Of a DNA stretch of 64,000 nucleotides, positions 11,432-22,527 are shown one piece after another. The position numbers and the translations under genes were made by a program. This DNA is from Escherichia coli (lineage in GTDB: Bacteria; Pseudomonadota; Gammaproteobacteria; Enterobacterales; Enterobacteriaceae). How positions within the stretch are numbered: position 1 is the first letter of the stretch; every line of letters begins with the position of its first letter. The notes under the pieces were generated by a model. The model was given only the letters and a program-made list of their open reading frames with translations, had not been told where the DNA came from and searched no databases. Location of the stretch: assembly GCF_003991155.1 (NCBI RefSeq), contig NZ_CP031293.1, one strand, 5' to 3'.

Positions 11432-13630
11432 TTACTTCCTGCGCAACAATCTTAACGCATTCGCCGTCACCAGCACCGTCGCACCCGTATCTGCCAGCAC
11501 CGCCAGCCATAGCCCGGTCATTCCTAACAGTGTGGTGACGAGGAAAACGCCTTTCAGCCCCAGCGCAATGGTGATGTTCTGGCGGATATTGGCGTGAGTG
11601 GCGCGTGCCAGTTCAATCATTTGCACCAGACCGCGCAGGTGGTTATGGGTTAATGCTGCATCGGCGGTTTCCAGCGCCACGTCTGTGCCACTGCCCATTG
11701 CAATCCCGATGGCGGCAGCTTTCATCGCTGGCGCGTCGTTAATACCATCACCGACCATCGCCAGCGGCGCATGTTGATTCAGCTCGGTCACCGCTTTGAC
11801 TTTATCTTCCGGCAACAGGCCCGCTTTAAATTCCAGCCCCAACTCCCCGGCAATTGCCGCCGCGGCGCGTGGATTATCGCCGGTGAGGATCACTCCTTTA
11901 ACCCCCAGCGCGTTCAGTTCACTGATAGCAGTTGCAGCATCGGCGCGCAGGGTATCCTGCAACGCAATGACACCCAGCACGTCATCATTACGTACTACCA
12001 GCACTACCGTTTGCCCGGCGCTTTCCAGTTCATTAATCAAACCAGCAAATGCATCAGCAGGATGTTTTCCGGCAGCGCATATCAACACGCGCTCACCGTT
12101 AACCTGCGCTTCAATGCCAGACCCGACCAGCGCCCGCTGTGATTGGGCGGTGGGAATGGCGAGTTCAGCAACCTGTGCTTCGCGCACAATGGCTTGTGCC
12201 AGTGGATGCGTCGCGCCTTGCTCGACCGCCGCCGCCAGTGTCAGCAGTTCAGATTCACTAATACCCGTTGCCGGATGAATCGCGGTAACGCGCGGTTTAC
12301 CGACGGTCAGCGTACCGGTTTTATCAAACGCCACCTGGGTAACACGACCCAGCTGCTCCAGCGCCGCGCCGCCTTTAATCAACGCCCCACGACGCGCTGC
12401 TGCCGCCAGCCCGGAGGTAATCGCCGCGGGCGTGGAGATAACTAACGCACACGGGCAACCAATCAGCAGCAGCGTCAGCCCTTTATAAATCCACTCTTGC
12501 CAGCTGGCGGCAAACAGCAGCGGCGGCACCAGCGTTACCAGCAGGGCGACGGCCATAATCGCTGGCGTATAAATACGGCTGAAGCGGTCGATAAACCGCT
12601 CAATGGGCGCGCGGCGCTCTTCGGCTTCTTCGATCAGTTTCAGAATCCGGTCAATGGCGCTGGCACCCGGTTCTGACAGCACTTCCAGCGTTACCAGACG
12701 GTCTACGCTGGTGGCTCCTGCAGGAACTTTATCGCCCGTTGCGCGCTCCACAGGAATGGATTCGCCGGTCAGGGCGCTTTCATCAAAACTGGCAAACGGT
12801 GAGAGCAGTTTACCGTCGGCAGGCAAACGCCCACCTGCGGCGACTTCAATCACATCGCCAGGGCGCAGGCTGTTAATCGCCACCTCTTCACGCTCACCGT
12901 TACGCAGACGCGTGGCGGTTTCCGGTTTCAGCGCCATTAACGCGCTAACGCCCTGACGCGCGCGGCTGGCGGCCCAGCCTTCCAGTCGTTCACCAATCAA
13001 AAACAGCAGCAACACCATCGCAGCTTCAGCCGTTGCGCCAATAAACAGCGCACCAATAGCGGCTACGCTCATTAACGTTTCAATGGCGAAGTAGCTGCCG
13101 GATTTGATCAGCCGTAATGCCTGACGAGCAATCGGGTACAGCCCAACCAGCGTGGTCGCGATAAACGCCAGTTGCCCGAACGGATGATTGAACTGCTCCA
13201 GACCCCAGCTGATTGCCATCATCACGATTAGCGTAATCAGCGGCAGATTCTCTTTCAGGCGTGATGCTTGTGGTTCGTCGGTAGCCTGTTCATCGCGCAG
13301 GGAATAGCCCGCTTTTTGCACCGCAGATTCAACTTGTGCACGGATGTCATTGTCGGCATCCACCACCAGTTTTTCGGTGGCGAACAACACCTGTACCTGA
13401 TTCACGCCTGCAAGCTGGCGCACGGCATTTTCTACCTTGCGCGCACAGGCGGCGCAGTCCATGCCGCTGACTTTCCAGCTATAGCGGGTGCCGGAGACGT
13501 TTTCAGAGAGCGTTGGCGTGCTGGAACATGCGCCGTCGCAGCAACAGTCGTTGGTGTTCTGTACCGTAGTTAGCGGTTTGAACGCAGCAAAGTGAGGGGC
13601 TTTCTTGCCGTGATTGTCAGGAGTCGACAT
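11432..13630 (-). CDS. zntA: Zn/Cd/Pb-exporting P-type ATPase ZntA
   Basis: ORF track 732 aa; N-terminal GMDCAAC metal-binding motif, CPC transmembrane motif, DKTGTLT phosphorylation site. Confidence 0.95.
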   Translation of the reverse strand: MSTPDNHGKKAPHFAAFKPLTTVQNTNDCCCDGACSSTPTLSENVSGTRYSWKVSGMDCAACARKVENAVRQLAGVNQVQVLFATEKLVVDADNDIRAQVESAVQKAGYSLRDEQATDEPQASRLKENLPLITLIVMMAISWGLEQFNHPFGQLAFIATTLVGLYPIARQALRLIKSGSYFAIETLMSVAAIGALFIGATAEAAMVLLLFLIGERLEGWAASRARQGVSALMALKPETATRLRNGEREEVAINSLRPGDVIEVAAGGRLPADGKLLSPFASFDESALTGESIPVERATGDKVPAGATSVDRLVTLEVLSEPGASAIDRILKLIEEAEERRAPIERFIDRFSRIYTPAIMAVALLVTLVPPLLFAASWQEWIYKGLTLLLIGCPCALVISTPAAITSGLAAAARRGALIKGGAALEQLGRVTQVAFDKTGTLTVGKPRVTAIHPATGISESELLTLAAAVEQGATHPLAQAIVREAQVAELAIPTAQSQRALVGSGIEAQVNGERVLICAAGKHPADAFAGLINELESAGQTVVLVVRNDDVLGVIALQDTLRADAATAISELNALGVKGVILTGDNPRAAAAIAGELGLEFKAGLLPEDKVKAVTELNQHAPLAMVGDGINDAPAMKAAAIGIAMGSGTDVALETADAALTHNHLRGLVQMIELARATHANIRQNITIALGLKGVFLVTTLLGMTGLWLAVLADTGATVLVTANALRLLRRK

Positions 13631-13703
13631 GGCATCCTCCGGTTAAGTTTTTTCTCATTAACCGAAGGATACACTCTGGAGTCGACTCCAGAGTCAAGTT
13701 TTA

Positions 13704-14330
13704 TCAGAGATACAGCGAGCGGACGATGAGGAAATGACCGGCAAAGTAGCAGGCCGCAGCAATCGCGTTATCTGCCCGGAAGCGGCGGCGATAGTGACTA
13801 CCCAGCCAGACAAAGTTACTGATAAATAGCAACGAAGCGCCGACAAACGCAGAGAGCGCCGGAGCGGTCGGACGGAAGAACCACAGTTCACCTGCCAGCC
13901 ACACCATCACCAGCGTCATGCCGATAAACGTGCAGATAGGCCAACGATACTCTTCCAGCCGCGTCCAGATAATCGCCAGTAACAGCGCACCCAGAACCAG
14001 CAACACCAGTGGCAGAGGCCAGAAGAAAGAGAGCGTCATCTGACTGGCGAAATAGATGGTGTACAGCAGGTGCGAGAGGAAAAACGCGCCGATGGCGTAC
14101 ATCAGACGTTGACGTGGCAACAGGGTTAGCGCATCGCCCAGCAGTGAGGCGCACAGTCCCGCCAGCACCAGATAGCTAATGGCGTCGAACATCGGCGCTT
14201 GCCAGGCCAGCAACAGCAGGAGAAGAAGGGTTAATGGTTTAAATACCCAGCGTTGCCAGGTTGGCCCACGATACGATGCATCCACAGATAGCCATGCGGA
14301 AAGACAGACAGCGATAAACGACCAAAGCAT
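13704..14330 (-). CDS. yhhN: Inner membrane protein YhhN
   Basis: ORF track 208 aa polytopic membrane protein; synteny. Confidence 0.88.
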
Positions 14331-14470
14331 CTTAGTTCCTTGAATTCGTTATTTTTTCGTAAGCGGAATGCCTACGGTCTTGCTTCCAGTTTAGTGGCGA
14401 GGGTGGACGGATGACAACACCATAACTGGCAGGGTATGCTTATTTCCGCATTTTCCGATGAGGGATAAAG

Positions 14471-14830
14471 ATGAGTAAACCACCTCTTTTCTTTATTGTT
14501 ATCATTGGCTTAATCATCGTCGCCGCATCGTTTCGTTTTATGCAACAACGACGGGAAAAAGCTGATAATGATATGGCACCGCTCCAGCAAAAGCTGGTGG
14601 TGGTGAGCAACAAGCGGGAAAAACCGATTAACGATCGCCGTTCGCGCCAGCAGGAAGTGACTCCGGCAGGCACCAGTATGCGCTATGAGGCAAGCTTCAA
14701 ACCGCAAAGCGGAGGAATGGAGCAGACGTTTCGCCTCGACGCCCAGCAGTACCACGCCCTGACAGTGGGCGATAAAGGTACGCTGAGCTATAAAGGAACG
14801 CGCTTTGTCAGCTTTGTTGGCGAACAATAA
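14471..14830 (+). CDS. yhhM: DUF2500-family protein YhhM
   Basis: ORF track 119 aa with N-terminal TM helix; synteny. Confidence 0.85.
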   Translation: MSKPPLFFIVIIGLIIVAASFRFMQQRREKADNDMAPLQQKLVVVSNKREKPINDRRSRQQEVTPAGTSMRYEASFKPQSGGMEQTFRLDAQQYHALTVGDKGTLSYKGTRFVSFVGEQ

Positions 14831-14832
14831 GG

Positions 14833-15102
14833 TTATTTTTTAACTTTAAATTTCTTCTGCCAGACCAGCAGTTCAAACACGCCGAAAAGGAAAATGCGCA
14901 CCTTTTCGGCGGTGGTCATCTGCGGGCCATCTTTCGGCAAAGTGGATTTCAATAGCGCCAGCTGCATACCATGCATCAGCACGGTAAAAATCAGCGCCAC
15001 GTTAACAAAAATATTCAGCGGACGTGGGAAGGGATGCACCAGGTTGAGGATTAAAAATCCCCAAACGCAGAGCATTAACAAACGTCCAATATTAATCAAC
15101 AT
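14833..15102 (-). CDS. yhhL: Small membrane protein YhhL (DUF1145)
   Basis: ORF track 14833..15225; start moved to internal Met (MLINIGRLL...) giving 89 aa; stop of rsmD overlaps this start. Confidence 0.78.
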   Translation of the reverse strand: MLINIGRLLMLCVWGFLILNLVHPFPRPLNIFVNVALIFTVLMHGMQLALLKSTLPKDGPQMTTAEKVRIFLFGVFELLVWQKKFKVKK

Positions 15103-15688
15103 CACTTTCTCCTTGTGCTTCGCGTCGATACAGCCGATAAGCCACCTGACCCGCCACTTTTTCCCGATGTAATGACCAGTTCGCCGGAACAGTGGGCAGA
15201 CCGTTTTCGACTTCGCTTTCGACATAAATCAGGGCTTCGTCAGCCAGCCAGCCGTTATCTTCCAGTAAATTTATCGTCTCTTCTAACAATCCACGGCGGA
15301 ACGGTGGATCGACAAACACGATATTATGCGGTGTGCCTTTTTGCGCCAGGAATGACATCGCGTTGCTGTTCACCACGCGTGCATTGCCTGCTTTTAGTGT
15401 CGCCAGATTCTTAATTAACTGCTGAGAAACCACGCGATCCATCTCAATCAACGTGGCCCCCGCAGCGTAGCGCGATAACGCTTCCAGCCCCAGCGCGCCG
15501 CTCCCGGCGAAGCAATCCAGACATTGGGCGTCAACAATGACCGGAGCCAGCCAGTTAAACAACGTTTCGCGTACGCGGTCGGTGGTGGGGCGCAGACCTG
15601 GACTATCAGGAACCGGGAGTTTACGGCCTCGCCACTGCCCGCCAATAATGCGGATTTGGCCGCTGCCGGAATGATTCGGTTTTTTCAT
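15092..15688 (-). CDS. rsmD: 16S rRNA m2G966 methyltransferase RsmD
   Basis: ORF track 198 aa; DPPF motif (VDPPF) typical of N6/N2 methyltransferases; synteny next to ftsY. Confidence 0.9.
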   Translation of the reverse strand: MKKPNHSGSGQIRIIGGQWRGRKLPVPDSPGLRPTTDRVRETLFNWLAPVIVDAQCLDCFAGSGALGLEALSRYAAGATLIEMDRVVSQQLIKNLATLKAGNARVVNSNAMSFLAQKGTPHNIVFVDPPFRRGLLEETINLLEDNGWLADEALIYVESEVENGLPTVPANWSLHREKVAGQVAYRLYRREAQGESDVD

Positions 15689-15837
15689 GATAAATTGCTC
15701 AATCCGCCAGATAACACATACTTGCAGGCGGTGATGTGAATTAAGTTAAGTGATAGACTATTTCATCATTTTTTTAGCTGCTATGTACATAGCGTTAACG
15801 CTGTGCCATGAAGCAACAGCGAGGAGTGTAGTCGCAA

Positions 15838-17325
15838 ATGGCGAAAGAAAAAAAACGTGGCTTTTTTTCCTGGCTGGGCTTTGGTCAAAAAGAGCAGACC
15901 CCGGAAAAAGAGACAGAAGTTCAGAATGAACAACCGGTTGTAGAAGAAATCGTTCAGGCGCAAGAGCCTGTGAAGGCTTCTGAACAAGCCGTTGAAGAGC
16001 AGCCGCAGGCGCATACTGAGGCCGAGGCGGAAACTTTTGCTGCCGACGTTGTGGAAGTCACTGAACAGGTTGCTGAAAGTGAAAAAGCGCAGCCTGAAGC
16101 GGAAGTCGTTGCACAGCCGGAACTGGTCGCAGAAGAAACGCCGGAGCCAGTGGCTATCGAGCGTGAAGAACTGCCGTTGCCGGAAGACGTCAACGCCGAA
16201 GATGTTTCGCCAGAAGAGTGGCAGGCCGAAGCGGAAACCGTAGAGATTGTCGAAGCGGCGGAAGAAGAAGCGGCTAAAGAAGAAATCACCGACGAAGAGC
16301 TGGAAGCACAGGCGCTGGCTGCCGAAGAGGCGGTGATAGTGGTTTCTCCGGCAGAAGAAGAGCAGCCGGTGGAAGAAATCGCTCAGGAGCAGGAAAAACC
16401 GACCAAAGAAGGTTTCTTCGCGCGCCTGAAACGCAGCCTGTTAAAAACCAAAGAAAATCTCGGTTCCGGATTTATCAGCCTGTTCCGCGGTAAAAAAATC
16501 GACGATGATCTGTTTGAAGAGCTGGAAGAACAGCTGTTGATCGCCGATGTGGGCGTGGAAACCACACGTAAAATTATCACCAATCTGACGGAAGGCGCAT
16601 CCCGCAAGCAGCTTCGTGATGCCGAGGCGCTCTATGGCCTGCTGAAAGAAGAGATGGGCGAGATTCTGGCGAAAGTCGATGAGCCGCTGAATGTTGAAGG
16701 TAAAACGCCGTTCGTGATCCTGATGGTGGGCGTCAACGGTGTGGGTAAAACCACGACGATTGGTAAGCTGGCGCGTCAGTTTGAGCAGCAGGGTAAATCG
16801 GTGATGCTGGCGGCAGGCGATACTTTCCGTGCGGCAGCGGTTGAACAGCTTCAGGTCTGGGGTCAGCGCAACAATATTCCGGTGATTGCCCAGCATACCG
16901 GTGCGGATTCCGCTTCTGTTATCTTCGACGCCATTCAGGCCGCTAAAGCGCGTAACATCGACGTCCTGATTGCCGATACCGCCGGACGCCTGCAAAACAA
17001 ATCGCACCTGATGGAAGAGTTGAAGAAAATCGTCCGCGTGATGAAGAAACTCGACGTTGAAGCTCCGCATGAAGTTATGCTGACTATTGATGCCAGCACC
17101 GGGCAGAATGCGGTAAGCCAGGCCAAACTGTTCCACGAAGCCGTTGGCTTAACCGGCATCACGCTAACGAAACTGGACGGCACGGCGAAAGGCGGGGTAA
17201 TTTTCTCGGTGGCTGACCAGTTTGGTATCCCTATCCGCTACATTGGTGTCGGCGAACGTATTGAGGATTTGCGTCCGTTTAAGGCGGACGACTTTATAGA
17301 GGCACTTTTTGCCCGAGAGGATTAA
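15838..17325 (+). CDS. ftsY: Signal recognition particle receptor FtsY
   Basis: ORF track 495 aa; long acidic N-terminal domain, NG domain with GVNGVGKTTT and DTAGR motifs. Confidence 0.95.
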   Translation: MAKEKKRGFFSWLGFGQKEQTPEKETEVQNEQPVVEEIVQAQEPVKASEQAVEEQPQAHTEAEAETFAADVVEVTEQVAESEKAQPEAEVVAQPELVAEETPEPVAIEREELPLPEDVNAEDVSPEEWQAEAETVEIVEAAEEEAAKEEITDEELEAQALAAEEAVIVVSPAEEEQPVEEIAQEQEKPTKEGFFARLKRSLLKTKENLGSGFISLFRGKKIDDDLFEELEEQLLIADVGVETTRKIITNLTEGASRKQLRDAEALYGLLKEEMGEILAKVDEPLNVEGKTPFVILMVGVNGVGKTTTIGKLARQFEQQGKSVMLAAGDTFRAAAVEQLQVWGQRNNIPVIAQHTGADSASVIFDAIQAAKARNIDVLIADTAGRLQNKSHLMEELKKIVRVMKKLDVEAPHEVMLTIDASTGQNAVSQAKLFHEAVGLTGITLTKLDGTAKGGVIFSVADQFGIPIRYIGVGERIEDLRPFKADDFIEALFARED

Positions 17326-17327
17326 CA

Positions 17328-17996
17328 ATGATTCGCTTTGAACATGTCAGCAAGGCTTATCTCGGTGGGAGACAGGCGCTGCAGGGCGTTACGTTCCATA
17401 TGCAGCCGGGTGAGATGGCGTTTCTGACCGGTCATTCCGGCGCAGGGAAAAGTACCCTCCTGAAGCTGATCTGTGGGATTGAGCGGCCCAGCGCCGGGAA
17501 AATCTGGTTTAGCGGCCATGACATCACGCGTCTGAAAAACCGTGAAGTTCCGTTTCTGCGCCGCCAGATTGGCATGATTTTCCAGGATCACCATCTACTG
17601 ATGGACCGTACTGTCTACGATAATGTGGCGATCCCGCTGATTATCGCCGGTGCCAGCGGTGACGATATTCGTCGCCGGGTGTCGGCGGCACTGGATAAAG
17701 TCGGGCTACTGGACAAAGCGAAGAACTTTCCTATTCAGCTTTCCGGCGGTGAACAACAACGTGTTGGCATTGCCCGCGCGGTGGTGAACAAGCCTGCGGT
17801 ACTGCTGGCGGATGAACCGACCGGTAACCTGGACGACGCGTTGTCGGAAGGCATTTTACGTCTGTTTGAAGAGTTTAACCGCGTTGGGGTAACCGTATTG
17901 ATGGCAACGCACGACATCAACCTGATCTCGCGGCGTTCCTATCGCATGCTCACCCTGAGCGATGGTCACTTGCATGGAGGCGTGGGCCATGAATAA
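17328..17996 (+). CDS. ftsE: Cell division ABC ATPase FtsE
   Basis: ORF track 222 aa; Walker [10 protein letters not shown], signature LSGGEQQR. Confidence 0.95.
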
Positions 17997-19047
17997 GCGC
18001 GATGCAATCAATCATATTCGGCAGTTTGGCGGGCGTCTGGATCGCTTCCGTAAATCGGTCGGCGGCTCTGGCGACGGCGGTCGTAACGCGCCAAAACGGG
18101 CGAAATCCTCGCCAAAACCGGTAAATCGCAAAACCAACGTTTTCAACGAACAGGTGCGCTATGCCTTCCACGGCGCATTGCAGGATCTGAAAAGCAAACC
18201 GTTCGCCACGTTTTTAACGGTGATGGTTATCGCCATCTCCCTGACGCTGCCCAGCGTCTGTTATATGGTGTACAAAAACGTTAACCAGGCGGCGACGCAA
18301 TATTATCCGTCACCGCAAATCACTGTTTATCTGCAAAAAACGCTGGACGATGACGCCGCTGCGGGCGTGGTGGCACAGTTGCAGGCCGAGCAAGGCGTGG
18401 AGAAAGTGAATTATCTTTCTCGTGAAGACGCACTGGGCGAGTTCCGTAACTGGTCTGGTTTTGGTGGTGCGCTGGATATGCTGGAAGAAAACCCGCTTCC
18501 GGCAGTGGCGGTGGTGATCCCGAAACTCGATTTTCAGGGGACGGAATCACTGAATACGCTGCGTGATCGTATCACCCAGATCAACGGCATTGACGAAGTG
18601 CGGATGGATGACAGCTGGTTTGCCCGTCTGGCGGCGTTAACCGGGCTGGTCGGGCGCGTTTCCGCGATGATCGGCGTGTTGATGGTGGCAGCAGTGTTCC
18701 TCGTCATCGGTAACAGTGTGCGCCTGAGTATCTTTGCTCGCCGTGACTCCATTAACGTGCAGAAACTGATTGGTGCGACGGATGGTTTCATCCTGCGCCC
18801 GTTCCTATACGGAGGCGCATTGCTGGGATTTTCTGGCGCATTGTTGTCATTAATTTTGTCAGAAATTCTGGTGCTGCGATTGTCATCGGCGGTTGCGGAA
18901 GTGGCGCAGGTTTTCGGAACGAAGTTTGATATCAATGGTTTATCGTTCGATGAATGCCTGCTATTGCTGCTGGTATGCTCGATGATTGGCTGGGTGGCAG
19001 CGTGGCTTGCCACGGTACAACATTTACGCCACTTTACGCCTGAATAA
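17989..19047 (+). CDS. ftsX: Cell division ABC permease-like protein FtsX
   Basis: ORF track 17962..19047; start moved to ATG at 17989 ([12 protein letters not shown]), overlapping the ftsE stop; 352 aa. Confidence 0.93.
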
Positions 19048-19063
19048 TAAAAGCGTGTTATAC

Positions 19064-19099
19064 TCTTTCCCTGCAATGGGTTCCGTAGCAGGGAAAGAG
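19064..19099 (+). terminator. Perfect 12-bp-stem hairpin downstream of ftsX (no T-tract)
   Basis: ctctttccctgc ... gcagggaaagag read directly; lacks a following U-run so termination efficiency is uncertain. Confidence 0.4.
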
Positions 19100-19149
19100 A
19101 CCCCGTTGTCTCTTCCCGGTATTTCATCTCTATGTCACATTTTGTGCGT

Positions 19150-19291
19150 AATTTATTCACAGCGTTGCATTGAACTTGTGGATAAAATCACTGTCTGATA
19201 AAACAGTGAATGATAACCTCGTTGCTCTTAAGCTCTGGCACAGTTGTTGCTACCACTGAAGCGCCAGAAGATATCGATTGAGAGGATTTGA
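19150..19291 (+). promoter_or_regulatory. rpoH upstream promoter region (multiple promoters expected)
   Basis: Established knowledge that rpoH is driven by several promoters upstream of the ORF; exact elements not resolved here. Confidence 0.45.
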
Positions 19292-20146
19292 ATGACTGAC
19301 AAAATGCAAAGTTTAGCTTTAGCCCCAGTTGGCAACCTGGATTCCTACATCCGGGCAGCTAACGCGTGGCCGATGTTGTCGGCTGACGAGGAGCGGGCGC
19401 TGGCTGAAAAGCTGCATTACCATGGCGATCTGGAAGCAGCTAAAACGCTGATCCTGTCTCACCTGCGGTTTGTTGTTCATATTGCTCGTAATTATGCGGG
19501 CTATGGCCTGCCACAGGCGGATTTGATTCAGGAAGGTAACATCGGCCTGATGAAAGCAGTGCGCCGTTTTAACCCGGAAGTGGGTGTGCGCCTGGTCTCC
19601 TTCGCCGTTCACTGGATCAAAGCAGAGATCCACGAATACGTTCTGCGCAACTGGCGTATCGTCAAAGTTGCGACCACCAAAGCGCAGCGCAAACTGTTCT
19701 TCAACCTGCGTAAAACCAAGCAGCGTCTGGGCTGGTTTAACCAGGATGAAGTCGAAATGGTGGCCCGTGAACTGGGTGTAACCAGCAAAGACGTACGTGA
19801 GATGGAATCACGTATGGCGGCACAGGACATGACCTTTGACCTGTCTTCCGACGACGATTCCGACAGCCAGCCGATGGCTCCGGTGCTCTATCTGCAGGAT
19901 AAATCATCTAACTTTGCCGACGGCATCGAAGATGATAACTGGGAAGAGCAGGCGGCAAACCGTCTGACCGACGCGATGCAAGGTCTGGACGAGCGTAGCC
20001 AGGATATCATCCGCGCGCGCTGGCTGGACGAAGACAACAAGTCCACGTTGCAGGAACTGGCTGACCGTTACGGCGTTTCCGCTGAGCGTGTGCGCCAGCT
20101 GGAAAAGAACGCGATGAAAAAATTGCGCGCTGCCATTGAAGCGTAA
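19292..20146 (+). CDS. rpoH: RNA polymerase sigma-32 factor RpoH
   Basis: ORF track 284 aa; sigma-70 family regions 2 and 4, RpoH box-like segment. Confidence 0.97.
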   Translation: MTDKMQSLALAPVGNLDSYIRAANAWPMLSADEERALAEKLHYHGDLEAAKTLILSHLRFVVHIARNYAGYGLPQADLIQEGNIGLMKAVRRFNPEVGVRLVSFAVHWIKAEIHEYVLRNWRIVKVATTKAQRKLFFNLRKTKQRLGWFNQDEVEMVARELGVTSKDVREMESRMAAQDMTFDLSSDDDSDSQPMAPVLYLQDKSSNFADGIEDDNWEEQAANRLTDAMQGLDERSQDIIRARWLDEDNKSTLQELADRYGVSAERVRQLEKNAMKKLRAAIEA

Positions 20147-20162
20147 TTTCCGCTATTAAGCA

Positions 20163-20200
20163 GAGAACCCTGGATGAGAGTCCGGGGTTTTTGTTTTTTG
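20163..20200 (+). terminator. Rho-independent terminator after rpoH
   Basis: GC-rich imperfect hairpin (ccctgga...tccgggg) followed by tttttgttttttg. Confidence 0.6.
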
Positions 20201-20417
20201 GGCCTCTACAATAATCAGTTTCCCCCTCCGGCAAAACGCCAATCCCCACGCAGATTGTTAATAAACTGTCAAAATAGCTATTCCAATATCATAAAAATGG
20301 GGTATGTTTTAGCAGAGTATGCTGCTAAAGCACGGGTAGCTACGTATAAAACGAAATAAAGTGCTGCACAACAACATCACAACACACGTAATAACCAGAA
20401 GAGTGGGGATTCTCAGG

Positions 20418-21521
20418 ATGAACATAAAGGGTAAAGCGTTACTGGCAGGATGTATCGCGCTGGCATTCAGCAATATGGCTCTGGCAGAAGATATTAAAGT
20501 CGCGGTCGTGGGCGCAATGTCCGGTCCGGTAGCCCAGTACGGTGACCAGGAGTTTACTGGTGCTGAGCAGGCGGTTGCGGATATCAATGCTAAAGGCGGC
20601 ATTAAAGGCAACAAACTGCAAATCGTGAAATATGACGATGCCTGTGACCCGAAACAGGCGGTTGCGGTGGCGAACAAAGTCGTTAACGACGGCATTAAAT
20701 ACGTGATTGGTCACCTCTGCTCTTCATCAACGCAGCCAGCGTCTGACATCTACGAAGACGAAGGCATTTTAATGATCACCCCAGCGGCAACCGCACCAGA
20801 GCTGACCGCCCGTGGCTATCAGCTGATCCTGCGCACCACCGGCCTGGACTCCGACCAGGGGCCGACGGCGGCGAAATATATTCTTGAGAAAGTGAAACCG
20901 CAACGCATTGCTATCGTTCACGACAAACAGCAGTACGGCGAAGGTCTGGCGCGTGCAGTGCAGGACGGCCTGAAGAAAGGCAATGCTAACGTGGTGTTCT
21001 TTGATGGTATCACCGCTGGGGAAAAAGATTTCTCAACCCTGGTGGCGCGTCTGAAGAAAGAGAATATCGACTTCGTTTACTACGGTGGTTATCACCCGGA
21101 AATGGGGCAAATCCTGCGTCAGGCACGCGCGGCAGGGTTGAAAACTCAGTTTATGGGGCCGGAAGGTGTGGCTAACGTTTCGCTGTCTAACATTGCGGGC
21201 GAATCAGCGGAAGGGCTGCTGGTGACCAAGCCGAAGAACTACGATCAGGTTCCGGCGAACAAACCCATTGTTGATGCGATCAAAGCGAAAAAACAGGACC
21301 CAAGCGGCGCGTTCGTCTGGACCACCTACGCCGCGCTGCAATCTTTGCAAGCGGGGCTGAATCAGTCTGACGATCCGGCGGAGATCGCTAAATACCTGAA
21401 AGCGAACTCGGTTGATACGGTGATGGGGCCGCTTAGCTGGGATGAGAAAGGCGATCTGAAAGGCTTTGAGTTCGGTGTGTTTGACTGGCACGCCAACGGC
21501 ACGGCGACTGATGCGAAGTAA
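20418..21521 (+). CDS. livJ: Leu/Ile/Val-binding periplasmic protein LivJ
   Basis: ORF track 20361..21521; start moved to [11 protein letters not shown] giving 367 aa; paralog of downstream LivK. Confidence 0.95.
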   Translation: MNIKGKALLAGCIALAFSNMALAEDIKVAVVGAMSGPVAQYGDQEFTGAEQAVADINAKGGIKGNKLQIVKYDDACDPKQAVAVANKVVNDGIKYVIGHLCSSSTQPASDIYEDEGILMITPAATAPELTARGYQLILRTTGLDSDQGPTAAKYILEKVKPQRIAIVHDKQQYGEGLARAVQDGLKKGNANVVFFDGITAGEKDFSTLVARLKKENIDFVYYGGYHPEMGQILRQARAAGLKTQFMGPEGVANVSLSNIAGESAEGLLVTKPKNYDQVPANKPIVDAIKAKKQDPSGAFVWTTYAALQSLQAGLNQSDDPAEIAKYLKANSVDTVMGPLSWDEKGDLKGFEFGVFDWHANGTATDAK

Positions 21522-21579
21522 TCATTAATCGGCAACTTTGGGTTGCCGCCAAATTGCTAATATCGAGTACGTTGCTTCA

Positions 21580-21682
<103 letters not shown>

Positions 21683-21720
21683 TTCTCGTTGGTCATCACT
21701 TTTGAAATCAAACTTGACGA

Positions 21721-22104
21721 TTAACGCTTCTCCCAGCCACCCTGTTGTGCCGTAAATCCCAGTGCTCGCATAAACGCCGTCATCACGCCGCGATCTTCCA
21801 CGCCAGCATCCGCCATCCACCAACATGAAACGCCAGGATTGTTACGCAAAACCTCTTCCAGCAGATATTGCCCCACACCGCGACGTCGGGTGACTTCCCG
21901 CACGCGTAGAGAATCCAGTGCCCCCTCGGTGCCGCTTAAGGTTACCCGCACGGCAGCGAGCAGGCGCTCGTTAAAACGCGCGGCGTAGATACGGTGGTTA
22001 TCGTCAACCTGTAAAGAGGAAGGGGAATACTCCGGCCAGATCTTTTGCAGGTCAATCCGGTCCTGGTCGCTAAAGTTTTCTAATCGAATGATGGTCAGCT
22101 TCAT
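21721..22104 (-). CDS. panM: PanD maturation factor PanM (GNAT fold)
   Basis: ORF track 127 aa; synteny between livJ and livK. Confidence 0.88.
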   Translation of the reverse strand: MKLTIIRLENFSDQDRIDLQKIWPEYSPSSLQVDDNHRIYAARFNERLLAAVRVTLSGTEGALDSLRVREVTRRRGVGQYLLEEVLRNNPGVSCWWMADAGVEDRGVMTAFMRALGFTAQQGGWEKR

Positions 22105-22527
22105 GGGGAACCCGTGTAAATCACAAAAGTGGAACCAGTGTAGCGAAATAATTTAATCGGAGGCTTTCTCTTTTTTATTTCTTTTGGCAGGTGATTAATT
22201 TTTTTTCAGCAATAATTACAAAGTTAAAACATTAGAGAATGAAAAATATCCAGCATAATCCCCTAAATGGTAGTGAATTATTCTGCCCTTTGTACCGTTA
22301 TTTTATGCTGACAACGGCGCTTTTTTCTGTTTATCTATCAATAAATTCAGAATATTATCTGTTCTTAATTGACTGAAAAATAGGGATTTTAATCGCTATC
22401 ATCACAAAATGCTGCGCTAAACCCTTAATCAGACAGGTAAAAACAGTGCAGTATAAAAAAAGAACAGTTTGATTTGTTAACACATAAAAACAAAGCAACA
22501 CAACATCACGAATGGGGATTTTTGACT

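Noticed and set aside
11796-12278. Several + strand ORFs (100 to 160 aa) inside zntA
   Set aside because: Overlap the zntA coding sequence on the opposite strand; low-complexity Ala/Ser/Arg-rich products; no independent signals.
15900-16400. Highly acidic, repetitive Glu/Ala/Gln-rich stretch that could be taken for a tandem repeat or low-complexity insertion
   Set aside because: It is the known acidic N-terminal domain of FtsY, in frame with the SRP-receptor GTPase domain.
16441-17136. 231-aa ORF antisense to ftsY
   Set aside because: Falls wholly inside ftsY on the opposite strand; ftsY identity is unambiguous.
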